Part shown: positions 17,381-28,302 of the stretch, one piece after another
Layout of the letters: the number at the start of each line of letters is the position of its first letter
Numbering within the stretch: position 1 is the first letter of the stretch
NCBI GenBank assembly: GCA_963767925.1
Contig: CAVYGB010000004.1
Location: 64,001 to 128,000 of the forward strand
Direction of reading: 5' to 3'
Origin: an uncultured delta proteobacterium
Lineage (GTDB): Bacteria > Myxococcota_A > Polyangia > Fen-1088
Length of the DNA: 64,000 bases
Translations under genes and position numbers: made by a program
The notes under the pieces: generated by a model
What the model saw: the letters and a program-made list of their open reading frames with translations, nothing else
Databases searched by the model: none
Told to the model about the DNA's origin: nothing

Positions 17381-17459
17381 GTCGGGCCCGAGCGAAGCGA
17401 GGGAACCCGACTACTTCGAAAACAGTCCCTAGTCCCCTGGAAAGGTGATTTCTTGCCCG

Positions 17460-18821
17460 TCACATCCCGGGGGGCAGGGCCAGCACCATGATGACCGCGC
17501 ACATCTCGTTGCGGGTCCCCCAGCCGGGCAACACCGGCTCCGTGTCCTTCGAGGTGTCGTATTCGCAGGAGACCTCGAAGCGGGAGTCACCGGTCAGCGC
17601 GATCGGCTTCTCGTAGAAGTAGAACTTCTGCCAGTTGAAGTCCCAGCGATCGACGTTGGCCTGGCAGGCCAGCGGTCCCCCGTCTCGCCCGATGCTCATC
17701 CGTTGCTTGACCCCCCGCTCGTGCATGTGGGGCATCACGCCGACCAGATCCACGCCCGACGAGCCGGGGGCCATGCCCATCTGCGCGGCGGTCATGCTCC
17801 AGGTGTAGCTCGCCTTGCTCTGCCCGGGGGGCAGCGAGGCCGACGGGCCCTCGAACAGGGTGCCGAGGAACCCGTCGCCGGTCACGAACAGCGCGCGCCG
17901 GGCGACCGTGTCGGAGTGGCGCAGCCGCAAGGTGGTGCTGTCGGACGTCCCGACGGCGGCGCCGTGTCCGTGCCCGCCGTGGCCGGCGAGGTTGTAGTGC
18001 ATCTGCACCACCAGCTTGTGCTCGGGGCGGTGCTCGACGCCGAGGCCGCCGGGATAGCTGATGGCTCCCTGGCCAGGCGCCCAGATCACCGGCACCCCCT
18101 CGATCTCGACCCCCTCGCCGGCTGCCCCGAAGCAGGGCCAGCCCGGGCGATCCGGGTCGGTCTGGTCGAGCTCGGCCATCACCTCGGCGTTGCTCTTGCC
18201 CGATGGGGTCTTCTGCGCGGGATCGACGAGGAAGGCCACCAGGTGGTGGACCAGCGTGGGGTTGCCGGGGACGACGTCGTAGCCGGTGATGAAGGTGCGC
18301 CGCTCGAGGTTCGAGTCGAGGGGGAAGCAGCGGTATTCGTCGAACTCGGCGAGCTGGCCGCCCTCGGCCACCGGGACGATGGTCGGCGTCTTCCACTCCC
18401 GCGCCTCGCCGAGGCTGGCGAGCGGCGTGGGGGTGAGCGAGACCGGGGTGCCTTCCTTCTGACCGTCGCTGGCCCACTTCCAGATGGTGTCCTTCTCGGC
18501 CTGGGTCAGGGTGTCGTCGTCGTGGAACTCGCCGCAGGTCCCGTCGTGGGTCACGAGGTAAGGCGGCATGACGCCGGCCCGGGTGGCGGCGGCGGCTGGC
18601 AGCGCGTGGAGCCGGGCGTCCTCGAAGCGGTCGAGCCGGAAGGGCGCGATGCCCCCGGCCTGATGGCACTTCACGCACTTGTCGTTGAAGATGGGGGCGA
18701 CGTCGCCCCAGAAGGTCAGGGCCGAGCTGGTCGGCGCCGGATCGGGGGGCGGCTCGTCGTTGCAACCGGGCAGAGCAAGGAACGAAGCCAGCGCGAGGCT
18801 GGGGATGAGCGCGGTTTTCAT
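17460..18821 (-). CDS. Lipoprotein with a CxxCH motif and a copper type II (PHM/DBH-like) monooxygenase domain
   Basis: Lipobox LPGC; CVKCH...MPP; LVHHLV, QMHYN, PHMH and NEMC copper-ligand motifs; WDFNWQ; RBS AAGGA. Confidence 0.8.
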   Translation of the reverse strand: MKTALIPSLALASFLALPGCNDEPPPDPAPTSSALTFWGDVAPIFNDKCVKCHQAGGIAPFRLDRFEDARLHALPAAAATRAGVMPPYLVTHDGTCGEFHDDDTLTQAEKDTIWKWASDGQKEGTPVSLTPTPLASLGEAREWKTPTIVPVAEGGQLAEFDEYRCFPLDSNLERRTFITGYDVVPGNPTLVHHLVAFLVDPAQKTPSGKSNAEVMAELDQTDPDRPGWPCFGAAGEGVEIEGVPVIWAPGQGAISYPGGLGVEHRPEHKLVVQMHYNLAGHGGHGHGAAVGTSDSTTLRLRHSDTVARRALFVTGDGFLGTLFEGPSASLPPGQSKASYTWSMTAAQMGMAPGSSGVDLVGVMPHMHERGVKQRMSIGRDGGPLACQANVDRWDFNWQKFYFYEKPIALTGDSRFEVSCEYDTSKDTEPVLPGWGTRNEMCAVIMVLALPPGM

Positions 18822-18863
18822 GGCGTGGTCCTTGGTGGAGGTTTGTCGATCGCTACTGTCCCT

Positions 18864-18894
18864 GGAAACACCGCGCCTGGCCCGGAGTGACACC
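18864..18894 (-). promoter_or_regulatory. Putative ECF sigma promoter (copy 2)
   Basis: Minus strand GGTGTCACT-N13-GGTGTTTCC; same layout as the motif upstream of the ECF gene. Confidence 0.7.
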
Positions 18895-18995
18895 AAGAAA
18901 AACGCCGCTCGCTGCGAGAGCGGCGGCGGGGATCACAGGGAGCACCTGGATCGCACGGACGGCGCGCGCCCCGACGGGGGCGGCCGTCCGGCGGC

Positions 18996-19766
18996 TCAGG
19001 GCGGGTCTTTGTGGACGGTGAGCGCGGAGAGGGACAGCCCCGGCGGCAAGGGGGGGCCCTTGCGCCGGAGGGCGGACACAACCTGGTCGGTGTCGAAGGG
19101 GGCGTCCGAGGTGACGAAGACGAAGCGCTCGAACCCGGGGGTGGCGTCCAGCTCGAAGGAACGCGACAGCGGGATCTCCTTGCCGGTCTGCAGGCGGGGG
19201 GCCGGGCCGGCCTCGCCCGGCAGGTGCAGGGTCACCGCATCCTTCGCGTCGATCGAGACGATCACGCCGTAGGGTTTGCCCGCCGCCACGTAGGTGACCT
19301 GCAGCAGGTCGCCCGGCCGGGCGCGGGCGCCGTCGGAGAGACGGGCGGCCCGCCGGTCCTGCTTGCGATACAGGGCCAGGCGCGGCTCCAGCCCCTTGGC
19401 GGTCGTCGTCTCGCGGGCGACATCCGCGGGCGCCGTCGGATCGGTGACGCCGGTGCCGGAGGTGCGGCCCATCGCGAACACGACCGCCAGACCGGCGGCG
19501 CCCAGCGCGAGGCCCGAGAAGATCGTCGAGCGCCAGGGGGCGGCGCGGGGCTGCTCCCGCCGGGCGCGCCGGTGCACCTCGGCGGCCACCTCCGCCGGGG
19601 GATGGGCCTCCAGGATCTCCCGATCCGAGCGCTCGAGCGCCTGCAGGCGCCCGCCCTCGCCCTGCGCTTCCAGGCGGGCGCGCAGGCGGGCGGCCTCGAC
19701 GCTGGGGAGCTCACCGCGGAGCAGCCGCTCGAGCAACCATTCGGGCACGGGGCGTTCCTCACCCAT
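18996..19766 (-). CDS. ActD-like membrane protein (putative anti-sigma factor) with a DUF4384-like periplasmic domain
   Basis: VPEWLLERLLRGELP N-terminus; TM segment; AKG; ARPGDLLQVTY; SFELDATPGFERFVFV; overlaps the ECF stop; RBS AAGGAG. Confidence 0.75.
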   Translation of the reverse strand: MGEERPVPEWLLERLLRGELPSVEAARLRARLEAQGEGGRLQALERSDREILEAHPPAEVAAEVHRRARREQPRAAPWRSTIFSGLALGAAGLAVVFAMGRTSGTGVTDPTAPADVARETTTAKGLEPRLALYRKQDRRAARLSDGARARPGDLLQVTYVAAGKPYGVIVSIDAKDAVTLHLPGEAGPAPRLQTGKEIPLSRSFELDATPGFERFVFVTSDAPFDTDQVVSALRRKGPPLPPGLSLSALTVHKDPP

Positions 19767-20271
19767 GAACCTCTCCTTTTTCGAGGGGCGTCGGTCCGGA
19801 CTGCGGCAGGCGCGCCTTGAGGGTGCGCAGCCGCTTGCGGACACCCGACACCGACAGGCCAACCTCGGCCGCCACCTCTTCCAGGGTCAGATTGTCCACG
19901 TAATGAAGCACCGCCATCAAGGCCGTCGATTCGGGGGCCGAGGCGAAGATGCGATCGAGCGCGCGCCGGGCCAGCGACCGCTCCTCGGCCGCCGTGGGGC
20001 TGCCCGCCGCGATGGCCAGCAGCAACGCGTCGCTGCGGTCCTCGGGGTGGCGGCGCTCGCTGCGCAGCCGGTTGAGGCAGACGTTGGTGGCGGTGCACAG
20101 CAGCAGCGCGGCCGGCGCCCGTTCATCCAGCGTCTCCCGGCGTTTCAGGATCTCCACGAACACGTCATGCATGGCGTCCAGAGCTTTCCCGTCGTCCCGC
20201 AGCATGCGGCGGCACCGACGCAACACCATCGGCCCGTGGGTCCGGTACAGGTTCTCGACGTCCACGGTCAT
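19759..20271 (-). CDS. ECF RNA polymerase sigma factor
   Basis: LYRTHGPMVLRRCRRML...ALDAMHDVF...ATNVCLNRLR (region 2); LHYVDNLTLEEVAAEVGLSVSGVRKRL (region 4). Confidence 0.9.
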   Translation of the reverse strand: MTVDVENLYRTHGPMVLRRCRRMLRDDGKALDAMHDVFVEILKRRETLDERAPAALLLCTATNVCLNRLRSERRHPEDRSDALLLAIAAGSPTAAEERSLARRALDRIFASAPESTALMAVLHYVDNLTLEEVAAEVGLSVSGVRKRLRTLKARLPQSGPTPLEKGEVHG

Positions 20272-20274
20272 AGA

Positions 20275-20305
20275 GGAAACACCAGCCGCCGGAAAAAGTG
20301 TCACC
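20275..20305 (-). promoter_or_regulatory. Putative ECF autoregulatory promoter (copy 1), probably leaderless
   Basis: Minus strand GGTGACACT-N13-GGTGTTTCC, followed by TCT-ATG. Confidence 0.7.
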
Positions 20306-20383
20306 TCGATTCGTGCCCCCGGCTCGACCGCGAACTCCAGGGGGCCCGGCGAGCCCCAGGGCTGATCCCCCGCCCACGGCGGA

Positions 20384-20548
20384 CCCCTCACCCCTCCCTC
20401 TCTCCGCTGCCGCGGGGCGAGGGCGAACGGGCAGCGGGTGAGCGAAAGTCTCGGGCGAGTCCGGGCTGGAATCGTGAAAATGATCGGCGCAGCCTGGCCA
20501 GTCGTTCGCCCTCGCCCCGCGCAGCGGGGAGAGGGAGGGGTGAGGGGG
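20384..20548. repeat. Inverted doublet of BoxC/REP-like palindromic elements
   Basis: CCCCTCACCCCTCCCTCTCTCCGCTGCCGCGGGGCGAGGGCGAACG (20384-429) and its near reverse complement (20503-548). Confidence 0.8.
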
Positions 20549-20579
20549 CTCCGATCAACCGCTGGGGGTTCTCTAGCCG

Positions 20580-21960
<1,381 letters not shown>

Positions 21961-22117
21961 CCACTGAAATCGTAACCTTGCCGGATCGCTCCAGCAACGC
22001 CCACCCACTTCGTTAACCGGAGACTCTCCGGACTCCGGAGACCGGCTTACGCGAAGGCCCGCGCCGGCGCCGCCGCGCAGGACCTGTGCTTTCGGCGGGT
22101 TAGCCGGGAACGAGGGC

Positions 22118-22133
22118 GGGCATGGGACTTGAA
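22118..22133 (+). promoter_or_regulatory. Near-consensus sigma54 promoter
   Basis: GGGCATGGGACTTGAA (GG-N10-GA), about 16 nt upstream of ATG 22149. Confidence 0.45.
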
Positions 22134-22148
22134 GTATCCGCTGGCGAG

Positions 22149-22952
22149 ATGTTGACGAGAAATCGCGCGAACCTTCAGCTCCTGCTCGGTGCGGTGTGTG
22201 TCGTGGCCTTACCTGCTCCCATCCTGCTCGCCACCACGACCAAAGGTGCGGTCCTCCTCCGCAACCTCGTCCCGGCCGCGCCGCTGTTCATCGCGCCCAG
22301 CACGCCGCCCACCGTGCCCGTGCTGGGGACCTCACCCTCCGACGCCGGCTCGCGGCTGGCGCCGGCCCCCGAGGCGGGCGTCCAGATCCAGCCGCTGCCC
22401 ACCCGCGAGGTCGCGGTGAAGGTGGCCAACGTGAACACGGGCGAGACCGCCACCTTCGCCATCAACGCCGGCGGGCGCACCCGGGCCGAGGTGGCCGACG
22501 CCATCGAGCAGTTCTTCCGCTGCCGCCGCACCGGCCGCCACCGGCCCCTGGCCGACGGCGTGCTCGCCCTGCTGGCCGACGTGGCCAAGAACTGGCCGAA
22601 CAAGGTGATCGAGGTCGTGTCGGGCTACCGCGCGCCCCCCTTCGGCGCCCGCCACTCGCGCCACTTCGCCGGCCACGCCATCGACCTGCGCGTGCGCGGC
22701 GTGCGCACCGCCCGCGTGCGCGACTTCGTCTGGCGCGAGCACCGCGAGGTCGGCGTCGGCCACTACGCCGTCCAGGACTTCGTGCACATCGACTCGCGCC
22801 CGGGCCAGGCCGACGCCGCCTGGTCGGCCCCCCGCGAGGACAGCCCGCCTCAGTACGATCCCCGCTGGTCCAGGCGCGCCCGCCGCGTCTACCGCACCCC
22901 CGCTCTCGCCGGCGCCCTGGCCGCCCTCTCCCCCTCGGATCGCGCGCGCTGA
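22149..22952 (+). CDS. YcbK/DUF882 family (peptidase M15) protein
   Basis: NVNTGE, FFRCRRTG, IEVVSGYR, SRHFAGHAIDL, GVGHY, FVHIDSR (H-D-H zinc ligands). Confidence 0.85.
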   Translation: MLTRNRANLQLLLGAVCVVALPAPILLATTTKGAVLLRNLVPAAPLFIAPSTPPTVPVLGTSPSDAGSRLAPAPEAGVQIQPLPTREVAVKVANVNTGETATFAINAGGRTRAEVADAIEQFFRCRRTGRHRPLADGVLALLADVAKNWPNKVIEVVSGYRAPPFGARHSRHFAGHAIDLRVRGVRTARVRDFVWREHREVGVGHYAVQDFVHIDSRPGQADAAWSAPREDSPPQYDPRWSRRARRVYRTPALAGALAALSPSDRAR

Positions 22953-22956
22953 TACC

Positions 22957-23349
22957 TCAGTCGCTGCCGGCGTCGGGGGGCTGGTCGGAAAGCAGCAGGC
23001 AGCGCTGCTGGCGGCAGGCCACGGGCGGGGCGGCGATGCACTCGTAGGCGCAGGAGCGGCCGCCGCGCTGATACGCCTCGACCAGCGCGCGCGCCTTGGC
23101 CTCCACGTCGGCCTTGCGGTCGGCCCGGGCGGCCACGAAGCAGCCGAGCGGGCAGGCGGCGCTGACCAGGGCACACTCGTCGTCGCGCGTGCAGCTACTG
23201 GCGCTGTCGACGTACTCCTGGAACTCGCGCTTGATCTCCGCCTCCGACGGGATGATGCAGCCGGCGAGCAGCAGCCCCAGGAGCAAGGGCGCCGCCCGGC
23301 GCGCGAGCCCCGGCGGCACGACCGTGACAATCGGATCCGGAATCGGCAT
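22957..23349 (-). CDS. Small Cys-rich lipoprotein
   Basis: LLLGLLLAGC lipobox; CTRDDEC...CPLGC...CAYEC...CRQQRC. Confidence 0.7.
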   Translation of the reverse strand: MPIPDPIVTVVPPGLARRAAPLLLGLLLAGCIIPSEAEIKREFQEYVDSASSCTRDDECALVSAACPLGCFVAARADRKADVEAKARALVEAYQRGGRSCAYECIAAPPVACRQQRCLLLSDQPPDAGSD

Positions 23350-23426
23350 CAACAACCGTCCTTTCTCTGCGACGAAGACCGGGACGGACACCTGGCCGTG
23401 CAAGACCGGTTCCAGGCGCGCGCCGG

Positions 23427-24344
23427 TCAAGCCGACTCCGAGGTGGGCGCGGCGGTGCGCTGCACCCGCAACATGAGCATCCCGGCCCCGGCGATGAGGA
23501 CGGCCCCGATGCAGGAGCCCAGGTCGGGGGCGTGCCCCAGGCGCACCCAATCGAACAGCATGGCGAAGGGGACGCTGCTGTAGACGAAGGCCCCCACCTG
23601 GGCCGCCGGGGCCTGGGCGTAGGCCCGGGTCATCGCGAACTGGGCCAGGGTGGCGCAGGCCCCCAGGAGCGCGAAGACCCCCAGCTCGGGCTTGCCCGGC
23701 GTGACCCACACGACGGCGGCGGGCACCGCCGAGACGAGGGTGGAGAAGAAGGAGAAGTAGAAGATGATCCGCGTGGTCGGCTCGGTGCTGGTGAGGCGGC
23801 GGATCCCGGTCTGGGCGATCGCCGCCATCAGGCCGGCGAGGAGGCCCACCAGCGCGGCCATCTGGAACAGCCCCCGCCCCGGCTCGATCACGAAGATCAC
23901 GCCGGCGAAGCCGAGCAGCAGCGGCCCCCACACCTTCCGGTCGACCTTCATCTTCAGCCACACCGCCTCGACCAGCGGCAGGAACAGCGGGACGGTGTAT
24001 TGCAGCAGCACGGCGTCGGCCAGCCGCAGCCGGTGGATGGCGTAGAAGAAGCAGTACATCGAGGACAGACCCGCCGCCGTCCGCCCCAGGTGCTCGCCGA
24101 TCCGCTCGCTGCGCAAGCCGCGCAGCCCGTGGCGCAGGGCCAGCGGGGCGATGAGGATCAGCGCCGTCGCGTTGCGGGCGAAGACCACGATGGCCCCTGG
24201 CAGCCGCTCCTCCGCCATCTGCACGAAGGTCGCCATCAACCCGAAGAAGAAGGACGCCGCCACCATCAGCAGCGCACCCAGCGGCAAGTTGTCAGGCGGT
24301 CTCCCGGCCACGGCAGCCCGGCACAGTAGCAGATCCGCCGTCAC
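23427..24344 (-). CDS. DMT/EamA family transporter
   Basis: About 10 hydrophobic helices; VFARN, LADAVLLQYTVPLF, AQFAMTRAY. Confidence 0.85.
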   Translation of the reverse strand: MTADLLLCRAAVAGRPPDNLPLGALLMVAASFFFGLMATFVQMAEERLPGAIVVFARNATALILIAPLALRHGLRGLRSERIGEHLGRTAAGLSSMYCFFYAIHRLRLADAVLLQYTVPLFLPLVEAVWLKMKVDRKVWGPLLLGFAGVIFVIEPGRGLFQMAALVGLLAGLMAAIAQTGIRRLTSTEPTTRIIFYFSFFSTLVSAVPAAVVWVTPGKPELGVFALLGACATLAQFAMTRAYAQAPAAQVGAFVYSSVPFAMLFDWVRLGHAPDLGSCIGAVLIAGAGMLMLRVQRTAAPTSESA

Positions 24345-24386
24345 CCTTCTCTCGCTGGCCCGCTGGGGCGGCTAAAATGGCCGGCG

Positions 24387-24725
24387 ATGCAGTTCACGAA
24401 ACGCCTGCGGGAGGGCGTCCGCCGGGGCGAGATCACCTGCAGCGTGCGCATCTGGACCCGCCCCCACGTCAAGCTGGGCGGCCGCTATGCCGTGGAGGGC
24501 GGCCAGATCGAGGTGGACGCCATCTTGCCCATCACCCTCGCCGACATCACCCCCGAGCTGGCGCGCGCCTCCGGCTTCCAGGGCGTCGTCGACCTGCTGA
24601 AGATCGCCAAACACGGCAGCGGCCAGAACATCTACCTGGTCCGCTTTCACTTCCTGCCGGCCGCCTCCGCCGCCCGCCCGCCCCGCGCCTCCGGCCCAGC
24701 CCGCCCCCGCCGACGCCCGGCCTGA
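24387..24725 (+). CDS. ASCH domain-containing protein
   Basis: MQF...GVRRGEITCSVRIW...VKLGGRY...DITPELARASGF. Confidence 0.75.
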   Translation: MQFTKRLREGVRRGEITCSVRIWTRPHVKLGGRYAVEGGQIEVDAILPITLADITPELARASGFQGVVDLLKIAKHGSGQNIYLVRFHFLPAASAARPPRASGPARPRRRPA

Positions 24726-24751
24726 CCGATCCTGGGCTATAAACGGGCCGC

Positions 24752-25186
24752 ATGAAGGGGCGCCCAGGGAAGAGCTCGACGTCGAGATCGGGAGGGGTGG
24801 AGGAGCATCGGCGGCGCGATGGCTCGCTCGAGAGCGTGGGACGCACCGTGGCCGGGGTGAAGGCGGGACCCTGGAAGTTCTTCCACCACGACGGCAAGAC
24901 GCTGAAGGCCGCCGGGAAGTTCGCCGGCGGCCTGTTCTCCGGGATGTGGCGCTGGTACGGCGCCAACGGCGACGTGCGCCAGGCCGGCGCCTTCGCGGAC
25001 GGCAAGCAGCACGGCCAGTGGAAGCGCTACTACGCCGGCACCCGCCAGCTCTGCGACGTGGGCCGCTACCACGCCGGCAAGCGCGCCGGCGTCTGGAAGT
25101 TCTACGACCGGGCCGGCAAGCTCAAGCGGCAGGAGACCTTCGCAGCGGCAAAGAAGCGGAGCCCGCCCACCCGCTCGAAGCGCTGA
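24752..25186 (+). CDS. MORN-variant repeat protein (YwqK-like)
   Basis: Repeated GxWxxY...G.. units (GPWKFF, GMWRWY, GQWKRY, GVWKFY). Confidence 0.8.
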   Translation: MKGRPGKSSTSRSGGVEEHRRRDGSLESVGRTVAGVKAGPWKFFHHDGKTLKAAGKFAGGLFSGMWRWYGANGDVRQAGAFADGKQHGQWKRYYAGTRQLCDVGRYHAGKRAGVWKFYDRAGKLKRQETFAAAKKRSPPTRSKR

Positions 25187-25228
25187 CCGCCCAGCGAGCT
25201 CGATCCCCACACTTATCCGCGGTCCGGA

Positions 25229-25285
25229 CCTCCCCCACCTCTCCCCACGGACGCAGACGGCCGCGGGGAGAGGGCAAACGGGCAG
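25229..25285. repeat. Degenerate BoxC/REP-like element between convergent genes
   Basis: CCTCTCCCC...GGGGAGAGG stem; its tail GAGGGCAAACGGGCAG matches 20419-434. Confidence 0.6.
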
Positions 25286-25291
25286 GGCGGA

Positions 25292-25798
25292 TCAGACGCG
25301 GACCTTGGCGTTCCGCTCGTCGCCTTCCACGTCGGGGCGGGTGCCGGTGACGAAGGCCCTGGCGGCCTCGAACAGGTAGCCGAGACCCTTGCTGCCCTTG
25401 TTGTCCCAGTATTCGGCGGCGGTGGGGGTCACGGCGATGAGGGCGAGGTCGGGGTCCTGCTTGCCCTGGGGGAACCAGACCTTCCAGGAGTCCGACCAGA
25501 GCGCCTCGATGGTCGCCGCGTCCCGCACCACCCGGGCCATCCCACTTATCGAGACGAAGCGCCGCTTGTCCTGCATGGTCAGACCGACGTGCGGCTCGGC
25601 CTGCAGCTCGGCGATCTTCGGCGACGAGGCGCTGGTCGGGAAATACAGCACCCCGTCGTCCTTGCCGTGGGCCAGCGCCAGGGGGCGGCCCCGCAGCTCC
25701 CCCTCGGGCGTGCGGGTCACCAGCACGGCCGTGTCGAAGTCGGCGATCACCTCGCGCAGGTGGGCCCGCTTCTCTTGCTCGTTCAGCACTTCCTCCAT
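25292..25798 (-). CDS. Pyridoxamine 5'-phosphate oxidase-like general stress protein (GSP26 type)
   Basis: TAVLVT...LRGRPL...YFPT...SPK...FVSISG...LWSDSWKVWFPQGKQDPDL...AEYWD; RBS GGAGG. Confidence 0.85.
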   Translation of the reverse strand: MEEVLNEQEKRAHLREVIADFDTAVLVTRTPEGELRGRPLALAHGKDDGVLYFPTSASSPKIAELQAEPHVGLTMQDKRRFVSISGMARVVRDAATIEALWSDSWKVWFPQGKQDPDLALIAVTPTAAEYWDNKGSKGLGYLFEAARAFVTGTRPDVEGDERNAKVRV

Positions 25799-25869
25799 GT
25801 CGCACCTCCCTGTTTCGGCTGGATCAGCTCGACCGGAAGGTGGGTCCGCCGGCGGCGGGCGGCCCGGGT

Positions 25870-27131
25870 TCAGGGGACCAGGGGACCCAGGCGGCGCAGG
25901 GCGGGGGAGCGCCAGGTCACGAGGCCCACCACCGTCAGGGTGGCGGTCCCCCCGAACAGCACCGACGGGACCGTCCCCAGCAAGCGCGCCGCCACCCCCG
26001 ACTCGAACGCGCCGATCTCGTTCGACGAGCCGATGAAGATCTGGTTGATCGCCGAGACCCGCCCCAGCATCTCGTCCGGCACCCGGAGCTGCAGCAAGGT
26101 GGACCGCACCAGCACGCTGCCCATGTCGAGCGCGCCGCTCGCGGCCAGCAACACCAGCGACACGGCGAACGAGCGCGACAGCCCGAACCCGATGATCGAC
26201 AGCCCGAACCCCGCCACGCAGATCAACATGAAGCGCCCCGCCCGGCGGGTGGGCGGCAGCAGCCCCAGCGCCGCCGAGGCCAGCACCGCCCCCGCGGCCG
26301 GCGCCGCCCGCAGCAGCCCGTAGCCCTTGGGCCCCACCTGCAGGATGTCCTCGGCGAAGATCGGCAGCAGCGCCACCGCGCCCCCGAACAGCACCGCGAA
26401 CAGGTCGAGGGTGATGGCCGGCAGCAGCACCGGATCGGCGAACAGGAAGCGCAGCCCCGCCCGCACGCTCGACAGGATCGGCCCCGGCGGGGGGCGGTCG
26501 CCGCGCGGCTGCGAGCGCACCAGCAACATGCACCCGCCCGCCGCCAGCAGCAGGGCCAGCGAGGTCAGGTAGGCCCCCCGCCCCCCGACCCAGCCGTAGA
26601 GCAGGCCGCCGACCGCCGGACCGGTCACCGCCGCGAGCTGGAAGGTGCCGGTGCGCCAGGCGATCGCCTTCGGGAACAGGACCCGCGGCACCAGCTGCGC
26701 CGACAGCGCCGTGCGGGCCGGCCCCAGGAAGGCCCGGCACACCCCGCTCGAGATGATGACCCCGAAGATGGCGTACTTGAGCACCCCCGCCGCCAGGGTC
26801 TCCCGCCAGGCGTTGAACATCAGCAGGGCCCCCGCGCCCAGGGCCAGCACGGCGAAGGCGGCGATCATCACCCGCCGCCGGTCGAGCAGATCGGCGATGT
26901 GCCCCCCCACGAGGGCAAAGGAGATGAAGGGCAGGGCCTCGGCCAGCCCCAGCGCCCCCAGCGACAGGGGGTCCCGGGTGAGCTCGTACATCTGGTAGCC
27001 CACCACCGCCGCCTGCACCTGGATCCCCATCGTGGCCAGGGCCAGGCTCACGATGAACAGCGTGAAGTCCCGGTTCCACAGGGGGGGCAGCGCCGCGGGA
27101 GGAGCCGCTGGCGGCTCCGGGGGAGGGGACA

Positions 27132-27132
<1 letters not shown>
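25870..27132 (-). CDS. MFS transporter (MFS_3/EntS-like)
   Basis: GGHIADLLDRRR, ITLDLFAVLFGGAVALLPIFA, GRVSAINQIFIGSSNEIGAFESG; TGATG overlap with pyrD. Confidence 0.88.
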
Positions 27133-28223
<1,091 letters not shown>

Positions 28224-28302
28224 GATCGGGCTACGACAGTGCAGCACCGCTGCACAGGACGCAATAGGCGCGCGCCCCCGGCCGCGCGCTTCGTCCAGAT
28301 AG

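Noticed and set aside
17083..17410. Diversity-generating retroelement suggested by the Avd-like four-helix-bundle fragment
   Set aside because: No reverse transcriptase and no template/variable repeat pair in the window.
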